64,000 bases of DNA, from assembly GCA_964629545.1 (NCBI GenBank), contig CAZVRY010000008.1, forward strand, positions 37 through 64,036, read 5' to 3'. This DNA is from an uncultured Verrucomicrobiota bacterium (GTDB taxonomy: Bacteria > Verrucomicrobiota > Verrucomicrobiia > Limisphaerales > CAZVRY01). Positions 52,248 through 61,200 of the stretch are shown in pieces (position 1 is the first letter of the stretch; each line of letters starts with the position of its first letter). The notes beneath the pieces are model-generated. The model was not told where the DNA came from. It saw nothing but the letters and a program-made list of their open reading frames with translations, and searched no databases. Made by a program: the position numbers and the translations under genes.

Positions 52248-52537
52248 CTCGCTGGGCACGGAGGCGAAGCTATCAAGGTGCCGTTGGGATGGCGAGCCTG
52301 TTGTGAACGGGTCCCTCTCCCCACGCCAATGCCGTTTTCTGCCGCAATAGGCGCGAGGAGGGGCTGGCCAGAGGCCGGGTGAGGGACCGTCCACTTTTCG
52401 ACCAGAAACTTGCTGCCTCGCCAACTGCGCCGACTCCGAACCTGTCACCCTATCCCATGGGCCTGTCCCGCGGACTTCGAGGCTTGACTCTGCGCAAGGA
52501 TTAGTCATTCTACCGGAAATCAGCCATCTTTCTTCTT

Positions 52538-53194
52538 ATGAGACGTTTCCTTTGCAGTTTCCGGGGATGGGTCTTGACGGCGGCAGGGTTGTTTTGGGGG
52601 CTTACGTTGCAGGCGGCGTTGACGGTGTCAAACCTGTCCGAAACAACCGACGGCTATCCCTACGCGGTGAATTCCTCACTGTTTTGGGCGAGTTCCTTCA
52701 CGACCGACAGCCAGGCCTACAACTTGGATAGCATCCAGTTGTCGATTCGATCGGCCGAGAGCCCTTCCGGAGGCCTGCAATTGAGCGTCTGGAGCGGGGC
52801 CACCGAGCCCGGCTCGTCCCTGGGTTTGTTGAGCGGGACGGACAATCCGAGCCCAGGCCTGAACTCCTATACGGCGAGCGGGATCAGCCTGGCGGCCAAT
52901 ACGCGTTACTGGATGGTCGTCAAGGTCACGTCCGGATCCGGCACCTACGGGTTCAACACCACCACCAGTCTCGCCCAATCCGGGAGCTGGACGATCGGGA
53001 ACCAGCCGCTTCAGTACCTGGACATCGATGGGTATCGGACCTGGGTTGCCGTCGACGATCCCCATCAGTTTGCCGTCTACGCCACGCCGGTTCCCGAGCC
53101 GGCAGCCGTCATGGGCGTTACCAGCCTGGTCTTGGTGGGATACTCTCTGGCGCGACGGAAGTGGGGGGTGGCTCGGCGGCAGGTTTCGCGCTGA
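52538..53194 (+). CDS. PEP-CTERM-anchored secreted protein
   Basis: 218 aa with a signal-like N-terminus. The C-terminus ATPVPEPAAVMGVTSLVLVGYSLARRKW gives PEP, a TM helix and a basic cluster. Confidence 0.8.
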   Translation: MRRFLCSFRGWVLTAAGLFWGLTLQAALTVSNLSETTDGYPYAVNSSLFWASSFTTDSQAYNLDSIQLSIRSAESPSGGLQLSVWSGATEPGSSLGLLSGTDNPSPGLNSYTASGISLAANTRYWMVVKVTSGSGTYGFNTTTSLAQSGSWTIGNQPLQYLDIDGYRTWVAVDDPHQFAVYATPVPEPAAVMGVTSLVLVGYSLARRKWGVARRQVSR

Positions 53195-53515
53195 GCGGGT
53201 CCGCGCCGACCGGCGCCAGCCCCCAGGTTCCGGCGATCAGGGCGCCCTTCGCGCACGGCGGATTCGACCGGCGTGAGGGCCGGTGACGGCAGCCGATGCC
53301 CCCTCCGGTGGGCGGAATCGTCCGGCTCATCGCCGGTTCATCGTTAATTATCACCTCAGCAATTCTGCCCATGAATCGGTCCCACAGGCAGGAGGGTGGA
53401 GCGTCCTCGCGAGCCGTTCCGTGAGTAACGCAGCCCAGTTGCACCTGATCGCGCCCGCACAGGCGGCTCGTCGGGAGCATCGCCCCACCGCCCATGCAGG
53501 TTCAGCCCTAGACTC

Positions 53516-56500
53516 ATGAACTTCGAATCCGCCCGAGCCGTGCTCGCCATCGGCCTTTCCATCGCCGCCCTCTGGCCGAGTCGGGAGGCCGTCCTTTCGG
53601 CCGCCGAACCGCCCTTGGGCGACCAGCATGCCATCCTGGCCGCGTTCAATGTCCTCAATCCAGCCGGCCTCTACGGCTCCACCGGCCTCGACGCCGCCGG
53701 CCTCCACTACGTCTACCCTCACTACGGCCTCAATAGCGTCTTCGTTGCCTCGCCTCCGGTGGCCGCCCCCAGGCATCCACGAACGGTCTTTGCCCGATTC
53801 GAAACGACGGTTACCGGACGCCGCCTGGTTATCCGCAACCTGAGCGACGGCCAGACCAACCGGGTGGAGGCAATCGACGGCTACAATCCCCAGTGGTTCC
53901 CGGACGGGCGACGTTTGTTCTACGAGACGCCGCCCGCCAACGGGTCGCCCGCGATGTGGTCGATCGAGGTCGAAACGGGCGTACGGCAACGCCTGTTCGG
54001 CCTGGGCCTGCAATACCACCCGCCGGGGGAACCCTCGGGCGCCGCCGTCCTGTCGTCGACCGGGGCCGAAGCGATCTACCTCAAGTTCGTGGCGGCCCGT
54101 CAGGTCCTGACCCCGTTTGTGGTGTCGCTGGAGGCCGCGAAGGAGCAGCCGGTCTTGATCGACTCGCCGTGCACGGTGGATGGGATACCCGTCTCGAGCG
54201 GCACCTTGGTCAGCAGTCCGGCCCCTCCCGCTACAGTCCGTCATATGCACTGGTCGCCGTGCGGCCGGCAGGTGGCGATGTTTGCCACGCTGCAGGCGCC
54301 CGGCACGGTCGGCCGCCAGGGCTTGATCATCGTCGATCTCGACGCCGAACCGGTGGGCATCACGTTCATCCAGGAAACCGCCAACCAGGCGCTGGATCAT
54401 CTCGAGAACTTCTTCATCTCCCCGGACGGCGGCCGGGTCGTTTTCAACCAGACGGTGGACAACCGGGCGAGCGTCTTCGTGTCGCTCACCTACGAGTCGA
54501 AGTTGACTCCGCTGGGGCCAGGGCTGGTGGTGGCTGGTCAGGTCTCGAGGGAAGCCTGGCCGCTCAGCCCCTGGTCTCACGACGGCGCCCGTCTTCTTTA
54601 TCAAGACCTCGACGACGGTTCCCTCTGGGCGATGCAACGAAGCGGGGGTGGAAGAACGCGTCTGACTCCCGAGGGGTTGACGAGTTCGCTGCAGATTCGG
54701 AGCGCCCAGTGGGTGGACTTAACGGCCCGCGCACCGTCCGACCTCGTCGTGACCGACGTGCGGCCGCAACAGGTGATCGAGGGGGCCTCTTTGGTGGTGG
54801 ACAAGCCCATGATGGTCCGCGGGATGGTCCGGTTGGTCGGCCCCACCAACCGCATCGACCGCGTTCCGATGCGCCTGGAGACGGCGGGGGCGTCCTTCCT
54901 GGTCGAGGCCACGGTGATCAGACACCGCAGCGCCACCTATGTCCTGTCCCCCGACCAAGTGGCCGAGTTCGAACGGGTGAAGGACCGGCCGCTCCAACGC
55001 CGCCTGTTCTACGACCTGAAGGGCTTCACCAGCTTCAATTTCGTGCCCAAGGGTCTGAAGCCACGCTCGGCCGGCTCGATGACCTGGACGGTGACGCTCG
55101 ATCCTCTGGCCCGGCTTTCGCTGGAGGAAGACGCCGACAAGACCAACAACGAGTTGACGGCGAGCCTTGCGGTGAAGGCGGCCCGGCAGCGGCGGTTTCT
55201 GATTCAGTTCCAGCCGGCGGTGACGTTCTTCGGGCCCAAGACCCACCAGTTCACGGATGCGCAGTTGCGGGCCAAGGCGAAAGCGTGGGCCGACTTCGTC
55301 CAGGCGACCTACCCGATCCCGGAGGTGCGGATGAGTTACATTCCGAGCACGATCACCATCGCGGGAGCGGCGGTGAGTCTTCGCACCGGCCTGGGCAGCC
55401 TGTCGGCCTTGCTGTGGAACCTGGATCGAACGGTCTACATCCTACCCACCGGCGCACTGGGCGAGATCGATGGGCTCTCTCGTCCCGGAGGGCACGGCGT
55501 GATTCTGGCCGAAAACGCCCCCGACTATGTCCTGGCCCATGAGGTGTTTCATACGCTGTCCGATGGGGTTGCCCACGACTCCGACGCGGCGCACCCTTCG
55601 GGGCCGGTGGCCGCCAACGGCTGGGATGTGGAGCAACGGGTGGAAGACCCGGACAACATCCGACGCGGACCGAAACTAAGCCTGTTTCCCCACGATCCGC
55701 TGGCCGACCTCAACCATTACTCCCTGATGCGCGAGACGACGGGCCTGGTGCGAACCTGGCTGACCCCCGGCCAATACCGGCACCTGCTGGATCGTTGGGT
55801 GACGGGAGGACAAGATCCTTGGCTGCTCGTGGCGCGGGGGGCGGTGCAGAGCGACGGACGTGCCGTCCTCTTGCCCGCCTACGCCACGGAAGGGTATCCG
55901 GAAGCCACCCAAACCGGACCGTTCACCCTCGAGACGGTGGACGCCGAGGGCGTTAGGCTGGATTCCGTGGACTTTACTCTCGACCTCGCCTCCGCCGAGC
56001 CCGGGGCGGAAACGAACTTCACCAAGGCCCTTCCGCTCGATCCACGCCTCGCCGCCCTCCGCCTGCTCCGCGATGGCGCCCTGCTCGCCCGGACGGACCG
56101 AACCCCGAATGCTCCCGTGGTCGAGGTGGCCCCGGTGGAAGACCTGGGGAATAGACGGATGCGCATTCGGTGGACGGCCACGGATGCGGACGGCGGCGAC
56201 TTGTTCCATTGCCTTGGCTACTCGCACGACGGCGAATGCTGGTTGCCGCTGGCTTTCGACCTGCGCGAGTCGTCGCTGGAGGTTAACCTCGCCGATGCCC
56301 CCGGCGGGGCGGCGGCGCGGATTCGGGTGATGACCACCGACGGCCTGAACGCGACCATGGCCGAGTCACCTTCGTTCAGCGTGCCCCCCAAACCGCCGTC
56401 GGCCTTGATCGTGCAGGCCAGGCAGCTCGCCGACGCGGCGGGGCCACCTCGCTTCACCTTGAACGGATTTGCCTACGACCCGGAGGAAGGCATGCTGGCG

Positions 56501-56890
56501 GAATCGGCGTTAACCTGGACCTCGGACCGTGATGGCCTCCTGGGCACCGGGGAGCGCCTCGAATCGCCGCTCTCCCCGGGGAACCACACCCTCACCTTGA
56601 GGGCGGTGGACGCTGACGCAAACGTCGCGGAGATAAGCGTGCTCGTCGAGGCGCTGGTCCCCACCGGCGAGTCTCCCCAATTGGTCCATGCCCGGGTGTC
56701 GGCTGGGGGTCACCTCGAATTCGACCTCGTAGGCGGCCAACCCGGCTTGCGCTACCGCATCCAACGGGGCGACATCCTCGGCGACTGGACGGATTGGACG
56801 ACCCTGGTGCGAACGCAATCCGTGATGCGTTTGTCCGACGAGGCCCCGCCGAATGCGCCGCGGCGCTTTTATCGGGCGCGGTGGCCTTGA
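53516..56890 (+). CDS. Secreted protein with PD40/TolB-like repeats and an HExxH metallopeptidase-like motif
   Basis: 1124 aa. The signal-like N-terminus is MNFESARAVLAIGLSIAALWPS. PD40-like motifs are WFPDGRRLFYE and WSPCGRQVAMF. The metallopeptidase-like motif is YVLAHEVFHTLSDGVAHD. The C-terminal tail is ..PRRFYRARWP. Confidence 0.7.
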   Translation: MNFESARAVLAIGLSIAALWPSREAVLSAAEPPLGDQHAILAAFNVLNPAGLYGSTGLDAAGLHYVYPHYGLNSVFVASPPVAAPRHPRTVFARFETTVTGRRLVIRNLSDGQTNRVEAIDGYNPQWFPDGRRLFYETPPANGSPAMWSIEVETGVRQRLFGLGLQYHPPGEPSGAAVLSSTGAEAIYLKFVAARQVLTPFVVSLEAAKEQPVLIDSPCTVDGIPVSSGTLVSSPAPPATVRHMHWSPCGRQVAMFATLQAPGTVGRQGLIIVDLDAEPVGITFIQETANQALDHLENFFISPDGGRVVFNQTVDNRASVFVSLTYESKLTPLGPGLVVAGQVSREAWPLSPWSHDGARLLYQDLDDGSLWAMQRSGGGRTRLTPEGLTSSLQIRSAQWVDLTARAPSDLVVTDVRPQQVIEGASLVVDKPMMVRGMVRLVGPTNRIDRVPMRLETAGASFLVEATVIRHRSATYVLSPDQVAEFERVKDRPLQRRLFYDLKGFTSFNFVPKGLKPRSAGSMTWTVTLDPLARLSLEEDADKTNNELTASLAVKAARQRRFLIQFQPAVTFFGPKTHQFTDAQLRAKAKAWADFVQATYPIPEVRMSYIPSTITIAGAAVSLRTGLGSLSALLWNLDRTVYILPTGALGEIDGLSRPGGHGVILAENAPDYVLAHEVFHTLSDGVAHDSDAAHPSGPVAANGWDVEQRVEDPDNIRRGPKLSLFPHDPLADLNHYSLMRETTGLVRTWLTPGQYRHLLDRWVTGGQDPWLLVARGAVQSDGRAVLLPAYATEGYPEATQTGPFTLETVDAEGVRLDSVDFTLDLASAEPGAETNFTKALPLDPRLAALRLLRDGALLARTDRTPNAPVVEVAPVEDLGNRRMRIRWTATDADGGDLFHCLGYSHDGECWLPLAFDLRESSLEVNLADAPGGAAARIRVMTTDGLNATMAESPSFSVPPKPPSALIVQARQLADAAGPPRFTLNGFAYDPEEGMLAESALTWTSDRDGLLGTGERLESPLSPGNHTLTLRAVDADANVAEISVLVEALVPTGESPQLVHARVSAGGHLEFDLVGGQPGLRYRIQRGDILGDWTDWTTLVRTQSVMRLSDEAPPNAPRRFYRARWP

Positions 56891-56912
56891 ACGGCTGGGG
56901 TTATGTAAACCC

Positions 56913-57392
56913 TTAGCCCCACGGATCGACGGGCGCGTGGCAAGGCCTGGCCTCGAGCCGGTTGCCCACGAAGTACCCGAATCCGCTCCGACGCCTGTTG
57001 GCGAAGTCGACCGGGGTTCCAGCAAGGCTTGGATCGACACCGTTCCAGATCGTGGGGAACGCGTCACCCACGTCGATGAGATCAATCTGGTAGACGAAGC
57101 CGTTGCCGTAGGTCTCGCGCACCAACACCCCGTCCGCGTAAACGGGCGTCAAGAAGCCCAAGGTAAGGTATTCCAATGTCCCATTCTGCGGGAGCGGAGC
57201 CCAAGCCGTCGCGATATCCCCGTACCCAAACGTATCGGGCACCTCCAGGGCTTGCGTCGCCGCCCAGGTTCCCGGCGACCATTGGCTCGCGAGCCGCCCA
57301 GGGCGTACGACTGGTCGGCTCGTCAGGAGCCTCGCCCCACCGACGCTGTCTGGAAACAGGTCCATGAGGTCAGGGGTGAGGGGTACGGTCAT
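56913..57392 (-). CDS. Hypothetical protein (159 aa), co-transcribed with the P-domain protein
   Basis: The ATG lies 1 nt after the upstream stop. Composition is protein-like (LEYLTLGFLTPVYADGVLVRETYGNGFVYQIDLIDVGD). No motif recognised. Confidence 0.45.
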   Translation of the reverse strand: MTVPLTPDLMDLFPDSVGGARLLTSRPVVRPGRLASQWSPGTWAATQALEVPDTFGYGDIATAWAPLPQNGTLEYLTLGFLTPVYADGVLVRETYGNGFVYQIDLIDVGDAFPTIWNGVDPSLAGTPVDFANRRRSGFGYFVGNRLEARPCHAPVDPWG

Positions 57393-57393
57393 T

Positions 57394-58119
57394 TCAGGAG
57401 ACAGAGCGAGAAGCCCTCGTCCAGCCGCAGCCCACCCAACAGAGCAGGGTCAGCAGAAGTACCGACCCGCCCTCCGGCACCGCTGGAATGCCGTTCGTGG
57501 TCGTGATCTCCAAGCCCCACCCCCGCACCCACCCCTCCTCGCCATTGGAAAGGTCGGCCACAAACAAGGTCCAGGCGCCGTTCGGGTCGAGGCCCTGAAA
57601 CGAACTCAGCCAGGCCGTGCGGGGCGTCGTGTCCAGGACCGTCACGGGATCGGCCGCCCGCCCGTCCGGTTGCCAGCGGTGCTCGCCTTGGATCAGCGTG
57701 GCATAGCCGGGAATGGCCCGGTAGCCATGGAGATCGCCCAGGGCAGCGCTGTCGTCGAGTACGACGCTCATCCCGGCATCGGCATAGCCGAAGCCGTCAC
57801 TGGCCGTGCGCCCAACGCGATTCAAGAGGACCGAGAACCCGGTGTCATGAGTCAGATAGGCGTAAAGATCTCCGTTCCAACCGCCGCCGAGGTCGAGCCA
57901 GACGTTCACATCGAGGATCGTGTTCTCCGCGATCCCGGTGAGAATGCGCGTGTCGGACCAGCCGGTGACGTTGCCGTCGGGGATCGCGCCGCCCTGGGCG
58001 AATCCGGTGGTCCATCGGGGACTGTATAGGTTGGCGTGCAGGGAGGCAGCGAGGCCGAGCAGGCAGGCCGGGACGAGGATCTTCTTCATGGCGGGCGGGA
58101 GGAGCGGGGTCTGGTTCAT
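57394..58119 (-). CDS. Proprotein-convertase P-domain-like protein with a PEP-CTERM-like anchor
   Basis: IPDGNVTGWSDTRILTG...ILDVNVWLDLGGGWNGDLYAYLTHDTGFSVLLNRVG matches the P-domain pattern. The C-terminus is PAVPEGGSVLLLTLLCWVGCGWTR. The likely true start is the internal MKKILVPACLLGLAA at about nt 58089. Confidence 0.65.
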   Translation of the reverse strand: MNQTPLLPPAMKKILVPACLLGLAASLHANLYSPRWTTGFAQGGAIPDGNVTGWSDTRILTGIAENTILDVNVWLDLGGGWNGDLYAYLTHDTGFSVLLNRVGRTASDGFGYADAGMSVVLDDSAALGDLHGYRAIPGYATLIQGEHRWQPDGRAADPVTVLDTTPRTAWLSSFQGLDPNGAWTLFVADLSNGEEGWVRGWGLEITTTNGIPAVPEGGSVLLLTLLCWVGCGWTRASRSVS

Positions 58120-58202
58120 GGCGGTTGCGGCTGGGTCATTGAAGGATCGATGCGGTTGACGGGACGGCGCGGCCGGTCAGGAGCGCCGCCCCAACCGGCC
58201 TC

Positions 58203-61200
58203 TCAGTTCTGGATCAGGCGATAGGCGGCGAAGGGTTGCGGCGGGGCCGGGTCGGTGAAGGAGAACAACCCACGGGCCGGGATGACATGGGTGTCGAGGT
58301 CTTGCCAGACGGCGAAGTCCACGGTGCGCTGAACGCGGTAGGTGTAGCCCGGAATGCCGGCGAATTGGAGGGTGACGCCGCCGCCGCTGGTGTCGATGTT
58401 CTGGACCGATCCGCCCGGGTTCACAACGGTGACCGTGATGTGACCAGTGGCCGTCGTGCCCAGGGCGTTGGCGATGGTGTAGGAGAAGGTGTCCGGATTG
58501 TCATTGGCCGGCGTATAGAGCACATGGGTCGCACCGAGAACGACGGTCCCCCCCTGGCCGCTCGGCCCCACGCTGTGGAGGGCAAGCGGGTTCCCGCCAG
58601 GATCGCTGCACGAGGCAAGGAGGTCCGCGATTCCGATCTTCAGGGTCAGGCCCGGACCGCGGACGAAGGCCTGCGGCGGGGCGACCGGAGGCGGCGGCCC
58701 GACGGGTTCGACGAGGGCAAACGGAGACAGTGACGAGACCCGTCCGCAGATGCGGTTGTTGTCCGTATCCAACCCACCGGGAATGGTGACATCCACCCAT
58801 TGGCCGCCCTCGTAATGCCAGAGCTGCAACAGGGCTTCATCTCCCACCGCCGACTCGTCGTAGTCGAAACAGACGTCGATCTCGCCCTCGAAGAAAGCCG
58901 TGGTGCTGAGGTCCCAGACCACGGGCGGGGTGCCGAACTGGAAGCCGGACGGCAACGCGGGCGGAGGGGAAACTGCCGTGGCGGTCGTGGTGCCGGCCGT
59001 GGTCACCTTGTCGAATGTCACGTGCACCGAGGGGGATGGATCGACGATGCTCGGCTCTCCGACGAGCGTGTTAATCGGGGGCAGAACGGTCAACTGAAAC
59101 GTCGTGATCGCTCCGAGCGATTGCAGCGTATCGGAAGCCACAAGGTAGAGGACGTACCATCCAGGTGGCGTTGCCGCGCTTGCCGCAAGGGTTCCCGTAA
59201 ACGCCTGAGTGCCATCTCCCTGGTGTTGAAAACCGGAACACGACCACTCGAGTCCGAACGGGAGGGGGTCGAGATTCGCGGTCCACAGCAACACCTCCCC
59301 TGAGTGCTGCTGCTGGTCCGTGGCGAAGACCGAAAAAGCGACTTCCTGGACAGGGCCACCCGCATACACCGTATAGGAGTGCTCGGTCCAGATTGAAAGT
59401 GCGCTTTGCCCAATTTGAATCAGCTTGGTGGCGGCGTTGTTGCCGGCAGCGTCGGCGAACGGGAGCGAGTCGCCGTCGGGATTGATTTCCACCTGGACGA
59501 TGTGAGGTCCGGCTGGCAGTCCGATGGGGTTCTGATCCTGATCCTGGCTCACGCAGACGACTTGGGCGCCGCCGGCATCGAAATCCACTTGCGGGACGGC
59601 CAGCGTGGTCACGTGCCATCCGCTGGCGGTGGGCGTCAGCACGCGGACAGCAACGTCCAACGGGTCGAGATTCAGGTTGTCGCTGGCATCCCAGAAGTGG
59701 ACATTGGCGGCGATGGAGAAGGAGTCGCTTGGCCCCGGGAAAATGCGCAGGGAACTGGAGCAATCGTTGCCCAGGAAAGCGATGTCTTCGGCAAAGAGAT
59801 AGAGATCGCCCTGGGCCGCAGGGGAAGTGTCGGGCGCAGGGGTGTTATAGCCCCCCGAGCATTCAATGGTGATGGGGTCCGACGTCCCCGACAAGGTGCC
59901 GTCGAAGACCGTCACCGTGACCGTGTTGGCTCCGGGCGGCAGCGTCAGGCGTGGATTGAAATAGAAGGCGCCGGAGCGGTCGGTGCGAAACCCGCCGGCG
60001 GTTCCCAGCAGCGTGCCAGAGTTGTCCCGGGCCTCCACGGTCACTTCGCCGCAGATGACCGGCACGAAAGGCGCGCCACTGCCCCCGGTCCCGTAATAGG
60101 TGGCGCGACCGGAAACCCACTGAGTGGGGCCGCCACAGCCTCCCGCCTCGGCGGTGACGGCCAGCGTGGACGGATCGGGCGTTTCCACCGTCAACGCCCG
60201 CGTGGCCTGGTCGTTGGCCGTCGGCTGGCTCACCGTAGGTTCCAGCGACACCAATAGCGAGTAGGTGCCGGGGTATAACGACGGTACATGAGTAGACACC
60301 TCGGCCGAGCCGCCGCCGGAGAAGTTCGCGTATTCGGTAGTCTCAAGATAGGTCTCGAACTCGCCCGTGGTGCTGTTCTGTTTCCGGAGCGCAAGGTGCA
60401 CCGGGACATCGCTCATTGCGCTTCCCGCGGATGTGTAATAGTGGATCGTAGTGTGGATAAAAAGCGTGCTGTGCTGTGGGGCCGGCAACGAGAGTGGCGT
60501 GACTGCATCACTTCCCCGGAACGTGATGTCCCCCGAGCAGACGTAGAGGTCCAGGCTCTCCGACGGGTAGCTGGGCGATGCACTTCCTGAGCTGCCTGAC
60601 GATCCGCCATAATTGCAGTTAGGGATTTGCAGCGGGAGATTCTCGATCCCCAGCACGCTAAAATCCGTGGCCGTCACGGTGACCTCGGTGCCAGAAAAAC
60701 CCTGGGGCAACGCGACATGCGTGCGGAACCGGCCCTCGTTGTCCGTGTGTCCTCCGGAAACAAGGAGTGCCCCGTCGAGGACGGCGGTCAGGGAGGCGCC
60801 CTGCATGGGGTAGTAGAGGAGCGTGGCGCCCGCCGAAAACACATAGCGGGCGCGCAGGTCGAGGACGGCGGCGGTGGAGTCGCAATTCGGCGTGACCGCG
60901 CCGGTGATCTCGACGAGCGCCGCGCTCCCGAACGGCATGCCCACCTGGAGCAGCGTCGAGGCGACGTTATTCTCAGATTTAAGTTCTGGATCCAGACTCG
61001 CCACCCGGGCGATTTGTGCTTTGATAAGATACCAACCCCTCGCCAAGCCCGCGGAAATGGGCAGTTCGGCCGTCGTGGTAGCGCCCGGCGCCAAACCGCC
61101 AATGGCCACGTCGCCCAGAGAAGCACTCTCTGCAAAGAATGACACAGTGGCGCCCGTGGTGGCCTGATTGCCAACATTCTTGATTCGGGCCGTGACAGTG

